Below are positions 42,428 to 52,078 of a stretch of 64,000 nt of DNA, in pieces. The stretch lies in assembly GCA_021298155.1 (NCBI GenBank), contig JAJTEN010000002.1, positions 10,580-74,579 of the forward strand, written 5' to 3'. The number at the start of each line of letters is the position of its first letter. Position 1 is the first letter of the stretch. This stretch comes from Sphingobacteriales bacterium. GTDB lineage: Bacteria > Bacteroidota > Bacteroidia > UKL13-3. Both the position numbers and the translations under genes were made by a program. Below the pieces are notes generated by a model that was not told the DNA's origin, searched no databases, and worked only from the letters and a program-made list of their open reading frames with translations.

Positions 42428-42979
42428 CTAAAATGTATGTATAATTTGATCTATTTGATGGTATAAATCTTGAAATGTACCATTGTTTAAAAAATGAAAA
42501 TCTGCTAAGGCCATGCACCCGGAGAGATTCTGCTTGTTTGGATCTGCAGATTGTAGCTCCCTATCTTCATTATTAGAAAAGGTTTCAAAGGATACCTGAT
42601 CCGTTTCTGAACCCCTAAGTAAAATACGCTCGTATCGTATACGCCTGTCTGTATCTACCGAAAATAAGGTGAAATTTCCTTTCGATTTGAGCGCTTGTAC
42701 CTCGCCAATTGTTCTAATACTTTCAATAATGCAATCAGATCCACTCAATTGCGCTTGTTTCCACAACTGTTCTGCAATATAACTCGGACCAAATTCTGCC
42801 CGCAACGCATTAGCCGTGAATGTCAAAGAATCACGATTAACCACTTCTCCCCGCTGTTCAATTTGTTCTTTCAAAAAACCACGAACAGAAAAATGCTGAA
42901 ACCCATGATTTTTGGTGAGGTAATCAACAATTGTTCCTTTGCCCGCACCTAAGGTACCTGTAATGCCAATAATTTTCAC
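42428..42979 (-). CDS. P-loop nucleotide kinase-like protein
   Basis: IIGITGTLGAGKGT Walker A; IIESIR..GEV; RYERILLRG; ADFHFLNNG; GTG start. Confidence 0.85.
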   Translation of the reverse strand: MKIIGITGTLGAGKGTIVDYLTKNHGFQHFSVRGFLKEQIEQRGEVVNRDSLTFTANALRAEFGPSYIAEQLWKQAQLSGSDCIIESIRTIGEVQALKSKGNFTLFSVDTDRRIRYERILLRGSETDQVSFETFSNNEDRELQSADPNKQNLSGCMALADFHFLNNGTFQDLYHQIDQIIHTF

Positions 42980-43054
42980 TGATTTATTTTTTATGAAAGT
43001 AATAAATCAAAGGTAAAAATACTAATTCAATAATTTTTTTATTTATTGAATCTA

Positions 43055-44014
43055 TTAAAACTTATAGGAAAAGCCTACATATGGAATTACTACATTGATT
43101 AGAGCAAAATCAAAATTAACCTTCTCACCAAATACCCGGCAACCAAAACCAACAAGTGGTATACCTTCTAAATCAAGAATTTCGTTGCTTTCCAAAAACC
43201 AATTTTCAGAAATTAACGCAACGTTCTTATTTAACTTAAGATACCCAGATACATTCAAAGAAAAGCTGGAACCAGCATTTATTCCCGACCCTAAATTTAC
43301 AGAAATATTTTTGTTATTGTTCCCCCAAGTAAGTGTTCCATATAAGGCATTAATTATGGTATTATCCGTGTTCACTATTGCGCCATAAAAATATCCGCCA
43401 CCCAAATAAAGTTGATCACCCACTGGCACGCCAATATGAGGTGAAAACAAAAGGATAGGTTGTCCCATTAATGAAGTAATAAGCTCAGCTCCACCAGTTA
43501 AACTTAAATAATCGGAAGCGCTATAACTTAATGAATTAATAAAACCATATGAATTATCATACACAAAGGTTCCCTTTTTGTGCTTTATGGCTGAAGGCGC
43601 AAATAAATATCGTGAAAATATCGCTGAGTTCTCTTTGGCCTTTTCGGATGCCGCAATCCTTGCAGCGTATGACGAACTGCTTTGTTGATTGGCGCTACTA
43701 TACTCCGTTTTCTTTTTGTTCTCTGTTCCGTTTTCAGATGCATATTTTTTCTTTCCAGCAGGTGCAGAGAGAACGGTTATTTCAGCTATTCTATTAGTAT
43801 AAAATAAACTTGACGTTTTTTGGTTCTCTACAAAAACCAATAGGCTAGTATCAGTTTTGAATTGAAATATGCCATAATTATATAGTCCGCTTTTTGTAAT
43901 AATTCTTACAGAATCACCTCGGGTAAGACCTGATATAACATCAGGTACTTGCCCATAGGATAGTGTTGCCGTTAGCAATAGGCTTGCCAAGGCCAATAAT
44001 TTCAGGTATTTCAT
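43055..44014 (-). CDS. Hypothetical exported/outer-membrane protein
   Basis: Signal peptide; RYLFAPSA; beta-rich C-terminus ending PYVGFSYKF. Confidence 0.7.
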   Translation of the reverse strand: MKYLKLLALASLLLTATLSYGQVPDVISGLTRGDSVRIITKSGLYNYGIFQFKTDTSLLVFVENQKTSSLFYTNRIAEITVLSAPAGKKKYASENGTENKKKTEYSSANQQSSSSYAARIAASEKAKENSAIFSRYLFAPSAIKHKKGTFVYDNSYGFINSLSYSASDYLSLTGGAELITSLMGQPILLFSPHIGVPVGDQLYLGGGYFYGAIVNTDNTIINALYGTLTWGNNNKNISVNLGSGINAGSSFSLNVSGYLKLNKNVALISENWFLESNEILDLEGIPLVGFGCRVFGEKVNFDFALINVVIPYVGFSYKF

Positions 44015-44025
44015 CTGATAATTAT

Positions 44026-45156
44026 TTAGCGCTTGGCATTGTATCCCAAGGATACTCCTACTCTAAAACCATCTTTGGTTGGGATGGTTGTCCAAACATT
44101 TAGGGGTATGTTTAATTTGCCAGACTTAAAGGATTTTCCAAAAGCAATAACTAAGGCCGTTGCAATAGATGTTTCTCCATCTCTATCCATCACTTCTTGA
44201 TATTTCAAATTTTCAGCAGTAACTCTATTCGACAAAATGGTGCTCTTTTTTATTTGTTCCTCAGAGTAAAAATTACCATCAATATTTACTCTACTTGCCA
44301 TTCTTGAAAACCCAAAACTTGGCCCAATAGCAATTTCCCAACCAGAAACGTTATTCCTAAAACCATTTAAAAAGGTAAAACTCGGAATAAACATCTCTTG
44401 CTCTATCCCACTAATCATAGGAAGAAACTCAAACAAAGCCTGAAATTTGCCTTCATTTAAATACTGTTTTTCAAATTGATAGCCAAATTGAAATAAGGTT
44501 GGATTTGCCTCATAACCTCCAAATTCAGAGCTAGCTCTCATGCGTTCTGCCATATGCCCAACCACAACAGCATAACCAAACCTCGCACCTTGCAAGTTCA
44601 AATACGTCTTATTGGGGTTATTGATGCTATTCTCATAATCAAATTTCTTGGTTAAACGGGTTAGCAACTCTTGATTAACCGGTTTTTTAAACATTTTGAA
44701 AATGGTACTCTCTGTCATGGCCGGAAGCTCTAGAGGTAAATTTAAAAACTCCATTACCTCTGTTAATTCAACCGCATCTGTTTGAACGTTTATTAATTTA
44801 AATGTAAGCAAAATGGTTTGGCCAATTAATTCAGCACTTCCCGTGTACATGTAATCTGCTTTTAAAGATTTACCCAACTCTACCAAACAAGATTTACCAT
44901 AACAGTTGGCCACATTCAAATTAGATTTTTCAATGATATTAATCACCTCATATCTATCCATTACCTCAAAACGATCAAGCTTTTCTAAAGAAACACGAAC
45001 CAAATTACTCATTTGGTTTGGATCTAAAGGCAAACCTTTAGTATCTATATTTAAAACCGCAATAGATGGCTTTTTTGTTGGGTTCTGCGCACTCAAATTA
45101 CTAGTGATACAAACTGAAATGTAAAATACGAGCGCTAAAATGATTGCTTTTTTCAT
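44026..45156 (-). CDS. Hypothetical exported protein: CsgG/TolB-N-like alpha/beta domain plus beta-rich C-domain
   Basis: Signal peptide; SIAVLNID...FEVMDR...CLVELGKSLKADYMYTGS; ends RVGVSLGYNAKR. Confidence 0.65.
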   Translation of the reverse strand: MKKAIILALVFYISVCITSNLSAQNPTKKPSIAVLNIDTKGLPLDPNQMSNLVRVSLEKLDRFEVMDRYEVINIIEKSNLNVANCYGKSCLVELGKSLKADYMYTGSAELIGQTILLTFKLINVQTDAVELTEVMEFLNLPLELPAMTESTIFKMFKKPVNQELLTRLTKKFDYENSINNPNKTYLNLQGARFGYAVVVGHMAERMRASSEFGGYEANPTLFQFGYQFEKQYLNEGKFQALFEFLPMISGIEQEMFIPSFTFLNGFRNNVSGWEIAIGPSFGFSRMASRVNIDGNFYSEEQIKKSTILSNRVTAENLKYQEVMDRDGETSIATALVIAFGKSFKSGKLNIPLNVWTTIPTKDGFRVGVSLGYNAKR

Positions 45157-45409
45157 GTGAATAAATTTTGATACAATAGTATGGTTAATGTTACACGATT
45201 ATAAGACTATTTTTCTACTATTCAGACAAAAATCTAATTATTTATACTAATCCTCACCTGAAAATTTGCAAAAAATACAAAACCTGAGAAAAATCAGTTT
45301 AAATACTGCAAATTATTGCATTTTGTCATAATCCAGTAAAATGGCTAATACAAGTGTAAAGAGAATATAACTCTGCTGTTTCTTTGTGCCAACAAAACAA
45401 TATTTCAGT

Positions 45410-47698
45410 ATGAAGAAATTTTTATTAATCGTATCATTAACTTGGATGTATGCCATAAGCGTGGCTCAAACTGTGGTAAAAGACTCTATTTCTTTAGGAG
45501 CACCTATTACCCAGCAAAATGCCCGACCATTTATCTCAGATACAATCTCTCTTGGAGCACCAGCAGCAGGATTCTCCTATCCTAATGATGTATTTTACAA
45601 TATGCAAAATGGAAGTAAAACTGCTGTAATTGGTTATAACTGGCATATCGCTTTTGCGATAAGAAAAGCAACGCCACCTAGTAATTTCCTTCAATCTGCC
45701 ACAATTCTTGCCAATGAAGGTAGAGGTGTTAGTGTATACCAAAGTAATTTAAGTTGGGAAGGTTTTGATACAACGGGCTATACCTCTTGGGCAAACCCAC
45801 ACAACAGCGATAGCTCATGGGATATTGGCGCTTTAAACGCAAATAGAAGTTTAAGTAATCCGCTAGATTTTGGTTGGGGAACCTATGATATGGTAAGCCA
45901 TAATATCACTGGCAATAAAGTTTATTTGGTCAGAGTAACTATTGGTAGCGGACAAACAGCCGTTCAGCATTTTAAAAAATTATGGGTTAGAGAACTAATG
46001 AAAGACTCTATCTATACATTCACCTACGCCAATATTAACAATACAGACAGTGTAACTCTTCAAATTAATAAGGCCAATTACCCAAATAAATTGTTTGCTT
46101 ACCACAATTTATTAAACGACACCACATACAACAGAGAGCCTAATGGGAAATGGGACCTCGTTTTTACGCGTTACGGAGCTTTTGCAACGCAATTTAACCA
46201 AACGATATTCTCAAGCAATACTGGGGTTTTATCGCATCCATCTATATTGTCATCTATGGTTTCAAAAACCCCCGTTGAATCATCCACTCCAGGATTTTAT
46301 ACCAACAAAATTACAGGAATAGGAACAGATTGGAAGAAAAACCCAGGTCCGGGTCAACCCAATTTCTTAATCATAGATTCACTCAGCTACTTTACCAAAG
46401 ACGCAAACAACCTTGAACATAAATTAATTTTTACTGGTTTTACAGGTTCATCTACGGGTTTAATTAGTTTCAAGAGAGCAAATACAGCGCCTTTAGTGGT
46501 AACCTTAGAAACCTATCCAAATGATGTTTTTTATAATATGGAAAAGGGAACAGTAAGTTCAGTACGAGGTTCAAATTGGCACTTGGCATTTGCTATTAGA
46601 AATGCTGCACCTCCGCTCAATGTGATGCGCAGCACAAGCATATTAGCAAATGAAGGAAGGGGCGTAAGTGTTTTTGTTTCGCCTAATGATCTAAAAGATT
46701 TTGGCACTTTTGATACCACCGGATATAGGTCGTGGATAAACCCACATAATAGCGAAAATAGCTGGGATGTTGGTGCACTCAATGCCTACAGAGATTCAAC
46801 CAATGCCTTTGATTTTGGTTGGGGTGAATATTCACAGGTAACGCATGATCTAGAGGCAACTAAAATGTTCCTAGTAAGAATAACTCAAGGCAGCGGACAA
46901 AACATGACTACAAGTTTTAAAAAGTTGAAAATAGATAAATTGGCTTTTGATACTTCATGGATATTTACTTACGCTAATATTGATGGAAGCAATAGCAAAA
47001 CAATTATCATCAATAAACCAAGATATGCAGGCAAACTTTTTGCATACCATAACTTATTAAACGATAGCACCATAGACAGAGAACCTGCCGCTAAATGGGA
47101 TTTATTATTTACCCGATATGGCGCCTTTTACACCCAGTTCGGACAAACCATTTTTTCAACCAATACAGGAGTATTATCACATCCGCTTACCCTCACATCA
47201 CGCGTACAAGGTGTTGATACCAGCGTATCAGTTCCTGGAATATACACAAATAACCTGACCGGTATTGGTACAGATTGGAAACAAAATCCAGGACCAGGAC
47301 AACCCAATTTTAGGGTTTATGATTCACTCAGTTTTTTCACAAAAACAGCTAGTTTAAGAGAAGATAAATTGGTGTTTGTAGCTTTTCAAGGTTCTAGCAC
47401 TGGCCGAATTATTTTTAATAAAACCAATATTAAATTAGGCACAGGATTAGCTAAAATAAAAGACCAAAGTGTGATAGAAATGTACCCAAATCCAGCATTT
47501 GATAACATTTATTTTCACGTTCAAAAAAATCAATCTTACCAAGTACACATTTTTGATTTAAATGGTAAACAATTGGTTCAGCAAGAAATAAATGAACAGC
47601 TAAACAGTGTCCCTGTTTCAGAACTTCAAAAAGGCATTTATCTGGTTCAAATTAAAAATGATGACATCCAAAAAACTGTAAGACTGGTAATAGAATAG
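45410..47698 (+). CDS. T9SS-secreted protein with a duplicated HmuY-like module
   Basis: YPNDVFY...WHxAF...WDL(V/L)FTRY...IGTDWK twice; CTD MYPNP...GIYLVQI. Confidence 0.75.
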   Translation: MKKFLLIVSLTWMYAISVAQTVVKDSISLGAPITQQNARPFISDTISLGAPAAGFSYPNDVFYNMQNGSKTAVIGYNWHIAFAIRKATPPSNFLQSATILANEGRGVSVYQSNLSWEGFDTTGYTSWANPHNSDSSWDIGALNANRSLSNPLDFGWGTYDMVSHNITGNKVYLVRVTIGSGQTAVQHFKKLWVRELMKDSIYTFTYANINNTDSVTLQINKANYPNKLFAYHNLLNDTTYNREPNGKWDLVFTRYGAFATQFNQTIFSSNTGVLSHPSILSSMVSKTPVESSTPGFYTNKITGIGTDWKKNPGPGQPNFLIIDSLSYFTKDANNLEHKLIFTGFTGSSTGLISFKRANTAPLVVTLETYPNDVFYNMEKGTVSSVRGSNWHLAFAIRNAAPPLNVMRSTSILANEGRGVSVFVSPNDLKDFGTFDTTGYRSWINPHNSENSWDVGALNAYRDSTNAFDFGWGEYSQVTHDLEATKMFLVRITQGSGQNMTTSFKKLKIDKLAFDTSWIFTYANIDGSNSKTIIINKPRYAGKLFAYHNLLNDSTIDREPAAKWDLLFTRYGAFYTQFGQTIFSTNTGVLSHPLTLTSRVQGVDTSVSVPGIYTNNLTGIGTDWKQNPGPGQPNFRVYDSLSFFTKTASLREDKLVFVAFQGSSTGRIIFNKTNIKLGTGLAKIKDQSVIEMYPNPAFDNIYFHVQKNQSYQVHIFDLNGKQLVQQEINEQLNSVPVSELQKGIYLVQIKNDDIQKTVRLVIE

Positions 47699-47711
47699 AA
47701 ATGCAACAGTA

Positions 47712-47753
47712 CATAAAAAAAGCAGCCTCTTAACCGAGGCTGCTTTTTTTATG
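47712..47753 (+). terminator. Rho-independent terminator
   Basis: CATAAAAAAAGCAGCCTC-ttaacc-GAGGCTGCTTTTTTTATG. Confidence 0.9.
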
Positions 47754-48009
47754 CGCTAGGGGTAATGGAAACAAAGTGTATTATTTATTTCCAATTTACA
47801 GCTAGAGCTAGCACTAAAAATGTAAATTGATTCCCTTTACATTCAAATAAATACGGAAATGATTGGGGGTTTTTGAAATACCTTGGCAATTTTCACAGTC
47901 ATTCCCTATTTAAAAAAAGCTTTAAAACCAACTAACATAGCATATAAAAAGAATTGCCTCGTTAAATCTTTTATAAGAAATTTTTTTTATTTATATATGT
48001 AGGTAAAAT

Positions 48010-48642
48010 ATGGAACTTATAAAGCAAAATTTAAATACTTATTACCCGCAATTCGACGAAGATCTTAAGCATATAATTGCCACAAATGGGCGAATCCAAA
48101 AATTCAAAGTTGGAGAAACAATTATGCAGCAGGGTCAATTTCTAAAGCATACCATGCTTATAACAAGGGGTCGTGTAAAGCTACTTTCTGAAGGCGAGGA
48201 TGGAGAAGAATTCTTCATGTATTATTTGGAAGCAGGACAAGCTTGCGCGTTAAGCTTTGTTTGTGCTCAAAAAAATAAAAAAAGCGATTTAGATGCAACT
48301 ATCATTGAGGATACAGAAGCAATATTAATTCCTATTGAACTTATGGATGAATTAATGATTAAAAATAAATCTTGGTATTATTTTGTTTTGGATACTTACA
48401 GATCAAGATTTAGAGAGCTTTTAGATGTTATAAAAAGTGTTGCATTTCACAGCATGGACGAAAGACTATCATACTATTTAGTAAAGCAAAAAAATGCATA
48501 TAAAAGTAATCTCATTACCCTAACTCATGAACAAATTGCAAACGACTTAAACTCATCACGTGTTGTTATTTCAAGATTGCTAAAACAAATGGAAACACAG
48601 AAAAAGGTTAAACTACATCGAAATGCAGTAGAAATACTTTAA
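48010..48642 (+). CDS. Crp/Fnr family transcriptional regulator
   Basis: cNMP-binding-like N-domain; HTH LTHEQIANDLNSSRVVISRLLK. Confidence 0.92.
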   Translation: MELIKQNLNTYYPQFDEDLKHIIATNGRIQKFKVGETIMQQGQFLKHTMLITRGRVKLLSEGEDGEEFFMYYLEAGQACALSFVCAQKNKKSDLDATIIEDTEAILIPIELMDELMIKNKSWYYFVLDTYRSRFRELLDVIKSVAFHSMDERLSYYLVKQKNAYKSNLITLTHEQIANDLNSSRVVISRLLKQMETQKKVKLHRNAVEIL

Positions 48643-48651
48643 TAAAAGGTA

Positions 48652-48696
48652 TGTAACATTTGTAACGCAATGAATTATTCAACAATTATACATTTG
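48652..48696 (+). promoter_or_regulatory. Putative Crp/Fnr site plus -7 box
   Basis: TGTAACATTTGTAACG (48652-48667), 21 bp, TACATTTG (48689-48696). Confidence 0.7.
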
Positions 48697-48718
48697 TACA
48701 AAAGTTAATATTGTACTT

Positions 48719-49513
48719 ATGGAAATTATTGGATATTTAGCCTCTGCTCTAATAGGAATATCTCTTGGGTTAATTGGTGGTGGTGGCTCAATTTTAACCG
48801 TACCTGTTTTGGTTTATTTATTGGATGTAAATGCCGTTGAAGCCACCGCATATTCCCTTTTCATAGTTGGTTCAACAGCTCTAGTTGGTGCCTACCCGAA
48901 ATATAAACAAGGCCTTGTTAATATTAAAACGGCAATTATTTTTGGTATACCATCTATCATCGCGGTATACATAACCAGAAAATTTTTAGTTCCAGCCATT
49001 CCTTCCGATCTAATTACAATAGATGGGTTCATAATAACAAAAAGTATCTTAATGATGCTCATTTTTGCAGCACTAATGGTATTTGCATCTGCAAGTATGA
49101 TTAAAGACCAAAAAGTTGTTTCGAATCCAAAAAATACTGAACAAAAATTTAACTATCCTATGATTTTATTAGAAGGGACAATAGTTGGCATGTTAACTGG
49201 TTTAGTTGGTGCAGGAGGTGGATTTTTAATTATTCCCGCACTTGTAATTTTTACAGGGCTACCCATGAAAGAAGCAGTAGGCACTTCCTTATTGATAATC
49301 GCAGCAAAATCACTTATCGGGTTTACTGGTGATTTAGGGCATTTCAACATGAATTGGAAGCTATTACTAATCGTTTCAAGTATTGCAATTGCTGGAATTT
49401 TTATTGGTAATTACCTGTCGTTGAAAATTGATGGTGCAAAACTCAAAAAAGGATTTGGCTGGTTCGTACTAATAATGGGGCTATATATTATCGTTAAAGA
49501 ACTATTTTTATAA
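48719..49513 (+). CDS. TauE/SafE (TSUP) sulfite exporter family protein
   Basis: GLIGGGGSILTVP and GLVGAGGGFLIIP repeats; multiple TM helices. Confidence 0.92.
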   Translation: MEIIGYLASALIGISLGLIGGGGSILTVPVLVYLLDVNAVEATAYSLFIVGSTALVGAYPKYKQGLVNIKTAIIFGIPSIIAVYITRKFLVPAIPSDLITIDGFIITKSILMMLIFAALMVFASASMIKDQKVVSNPKNTEQKFNYPMILLEGTIVGMLTGLVGAGGGFLIIPALVIFTGLPMKEAVGTSLLIIAAKSLIGFTGDLGHFNMNWKLLLIVSSIAIAGIFIGNYLSLKIDGAKLKKGFGWFVLIMGLYIIVKELFL

Positions 49514-49519
49514 GGCCTT

Positions 49520-49564
49520 TGTAATAAATGTAACACAGGTTTTAAAATTAAAACCTCAATATTG
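49520..49564 (+). promoter_or_regulatory. Putative Crp/Fnr site plus -7-like box
   Basis: TGTAATAAATGTAACA (49520-49535), 21 bp, CAATATTG (49557-49564). Confidence 0.6.
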
Positions 49565-49594
49565 TAATCAACATAACAATACATATTTCATCAA

Positions 49595-51019
49595 ATGAAA
49601 ATAGAACAAATTTATACAGGATGTTTGGCACAAGGTGCCTATTACATCGAATCAAATGGCGAAGCAGTAGTGATAGATCCACTGCGAGAAACCACGCCAT
49701 ACATAGAGCGAGCAGCTGCAAGCGGAGCAAAAATTAAATACGTTTTCGAAACACATTTCCATGCAGATTTTGTTTCAGGTCACATAGATTTAGCAAAAGC
49801 CACTGGTGCTCAAATTGTATACGGACCCACAGAAATGAAATTAGGTTTTGATGCCATTATTGCTTCCGATAAACAAGAATTTAAGGTTGGCAATATTACT
49901 TTTACCTTATTACATACACCCGGTCATACGCTTGAAAGCTCATGCTATTTACTAAGCGATGAAAATGGTAAACAAATCGCCATTTTTACAGGAGATACCT
50001 TGTTTATAGGTGATGTTGGAAGACCAGATTTGGCCCAAAAAGTAGTGGCAAATTTAACCCAAGACATGCTTGCTTCTTATTTATTTGATTCTTTGCGCAA
50101 TAAAATTATGCCTTTAAACAATGACTTAATTGTTTATCCTGCCCATGGCGCAGGTTCTGCTTGCGGGAAAAATATGAGTAAAGAAACTTTTGATACCCTT
50201 GGCAACCAAAAAGAAACAAATTATGCCTTGCGTGCCAACATGACTAAAGAAGAATTCATTAAAGAAGTGATTACTGGTTTAATGCCACCACCTGCCTATT
50301 TCCCTAAAAATGTTTTAATGAATATTGAAGGGTACGATAACATTGAAGAAGTATTGTCTAGAGGAACCCAAGCCTTAACACCAAACGGATTTGAAGCAGC
50401 TGCTAACGAAACAGGAGCGCTAATTTTAGATACACGCAAACCTCAAGATTTTGCCAAAGGTTTTATCCCAAACGCTATTAATATTGGTATTGATGGAGGT
50501 TTTGCTCCTTGGGTTGGAACTTTAATTCCAGATATTAAACAAAACATACTTATTGTAGCAGAGCTTGGAAGAGAAATGGAAATTGTAACGCGTTTGGCAC
50601 GTGTAGGTTACGACCACGCTATTGGCTATTTAGCAGGTGGTTTTGAAGCTTGGGCAAATGCTGGCAAAGAAATAGATAACATCACATCTATAAGTGTAGA
50701 AGAATTTGCAGCGGCAGAACAAGCCGATCCAACAATCCATATTTTAGATGTTAGAAAAATCAGCGAATACCAATCAGAACACCTAATTAACGCCATAAAC
50801 GCTCCTTTAGATTACATAAATGAGAGCATGCTTAAAGTGGATAAATCTAAAACTTATTTTGTGCATTGCGCAGGTGGTTACCGCTCTATGATTTTTGCTT
50901 CTATATTAAAAGCAAGAGGATACACAAATTTAATTGACGTAGCTGGTGGGTTTAAAGCCATAAAAGATTCCCAAAAGTTTAAGGTTTCAGAATACGTTTG
51001 TCCTTCCACTTTATTGTAA
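49595..51019 (+). CDS. MBL-fold persulfide dioxygenase with two rhodanese domains (CstB-like)
   Basis: ETHFHADFVSG, HTPGHT, FTGDTLF, PAHGAGSACG; HCAGGYRS. Confidence 0.9.
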   Translation: MKIEQIYTGCLAQGAYYIESNGEAVVIDPLRETTPYIERAAASGAKIKYVFETHFHADFVSGHIDLAKATGAQIVYGPTEMKLGFDAIIASDKQEFKVGNITFTLLHTPGHTLESSCYLLSDENGKQIAIFTGDTLFIGDVGRPDLAQKVVANLTQDMLASYLFDSLRNKIMPLNNDLIVYPAHGAGSACGKNMSKETFDTLGNQKETNYALRANMTKEEFIKEVITGLMPPPAYFPKNVLMNIEGYDNIEEVLSRGTQALTPNGFEAAANETGALILDTRKPQDFAKGFIPNAINIGIDGGFAPWVGTLIPDIKQNILIVAELGREMEIVTRLARVGYDHAIGYLAGGFEAWANAGKEIDNITSISVEEFAAAEQADPTIHILDVRKISEYQSEHLINAINAPLDYINESMLKVDKSKTYFVHCAGGYRSMIFASILKARGYTNLIDVAGGFKAIKDSQKFKVSEYVCPSTLL

Positions 51020-51054
51020 AATATTTCAGTAAAAAAATAAATGTGATAAATAAT

Positions 51055-51618
51055 ATGTTAGAACTTTTAAAACAACCATGGCCATGGTATATAAGTGGTC
51101 CAATCATCGGAATTTCTATTCCACTATTATTGATATTTGGAAACAAAATACTGGGCATTTCTTCCTCCTTTAGGCATACCTGTGCAGCCGTAGCTCCATT
51201 TAATATCCAATTTTTGAAATATAATTGGAAATCTGAAATATGGAATATGTTTTTTGTGCTTGGAATTTTTATTGGCGGTTTTGTTGGCGGAGTATTACTA
51301 AATAATGGCGAAGCAGTTAAGATATCAGAAGCAACTATTTCAGATATAAAAAGTTTAGGCATAAACTCATTTGATGGACTAATTCCTTCCGATGTATTCA
51401 ATTGGAATACTTTACTATCTGTCAAAGGAGTATTTATAATGGTATTTGGTGGGATAATGATAGGTTTTGGATCTCGCTATGCAGGAGGTTGTACTTCCGG
51501 ACACGCAATTATGGGTATTTCTAATCTTCAATGGCCTTCATTAATTGCAGTCATATTCTTCTTTATCGGTGGTCTTCTCATGACACATTTTATTGCTCCA
51601 TTTATTTATCAACTATAA
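51055..51618 (+). CDS. YeeE/YedE family sulfur-compound transporter subunit
   Basis: PWPWY..G, GFGSRYAGGCTSGH. Confidence 0.9.
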   Translation: MLELLKQPWPWYISGPIIGISIPLLLIFGNKILGISSSFRHTCAAVAPFNIQFLKYNWKSEIWNMFFVLGIFIGGFVGGVLLNNGEAVKISEATISDIKSLGINSFDGLIPSDVFNWNTLLSVKGVFIMVFGGIMIGFGSRYAGGCTSGHAIMGISNLQWPSLIAVIFFFIGGLLMTHFIAPFIYQL

Positions 51619-51632
51619 TTATCCTGAAACAA

Positions 51633-52043
51633 ATGAAAAATATTAGATTTTTATTAATAGGTATTCTTTTTGGAACTGTACTTACAAAATCAGAGGCTGT
51701 TTCATGGTTTAGAATTCAAGAAATGTTTCGCTTTCAAAGTTTTCATATGTATGGTATCATTGGGTCAGCCATTGCTGTAGGTATGCTATCTATTTGGCTC
51801 ATAAAAAAGTTCAAAATAAAGGCTGTTAATGGAGAAGAAATTAAAATAGCAGATAAAGAATTTAATAAAGGACAAATAATTGGTGGAACAATATTTGGAA
51901 TGGGCTGGGCCTTATCTGGGGCATGTCCAGGACCACTCTATTCCTTAGTTGGATCAGGATATTATTTAATATTTGTTGTTATTATAAGTGCCATTTTTGG
52001 TACTTGGTTATATAGTTATTTTAAACCAAAACTGCCACATTAA
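51633..52043 (+). CDS. YeeE/YedE family partner subunit
   Basis: SWFRIQEMF, FGMGWALSGACPGP. Confidence 0.88.
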   Translation: MKNIRFLLIGILFGTVLTKSEAVSWFRIQEMFRFQSFHMYGIIGSAIAVGMLSIWLIKKFKIKAVNGEEIKIADKEFNKGQIIGGTIFGMGWALSGACPGPLYSLVGSGYYLIFVVIISAIFGTWLYSYFKPKLPH

Positions 52044-52078
52044 TTCAAATTTATTTTTAGTACCTAACTCAAATTATA

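Noticed and set aside
45180-45195. GTTACA half-site resembling the Crp/Fnr motif
   Set aside because: The other half does not match, and the neighbouring genes are unrelated to sulfur.
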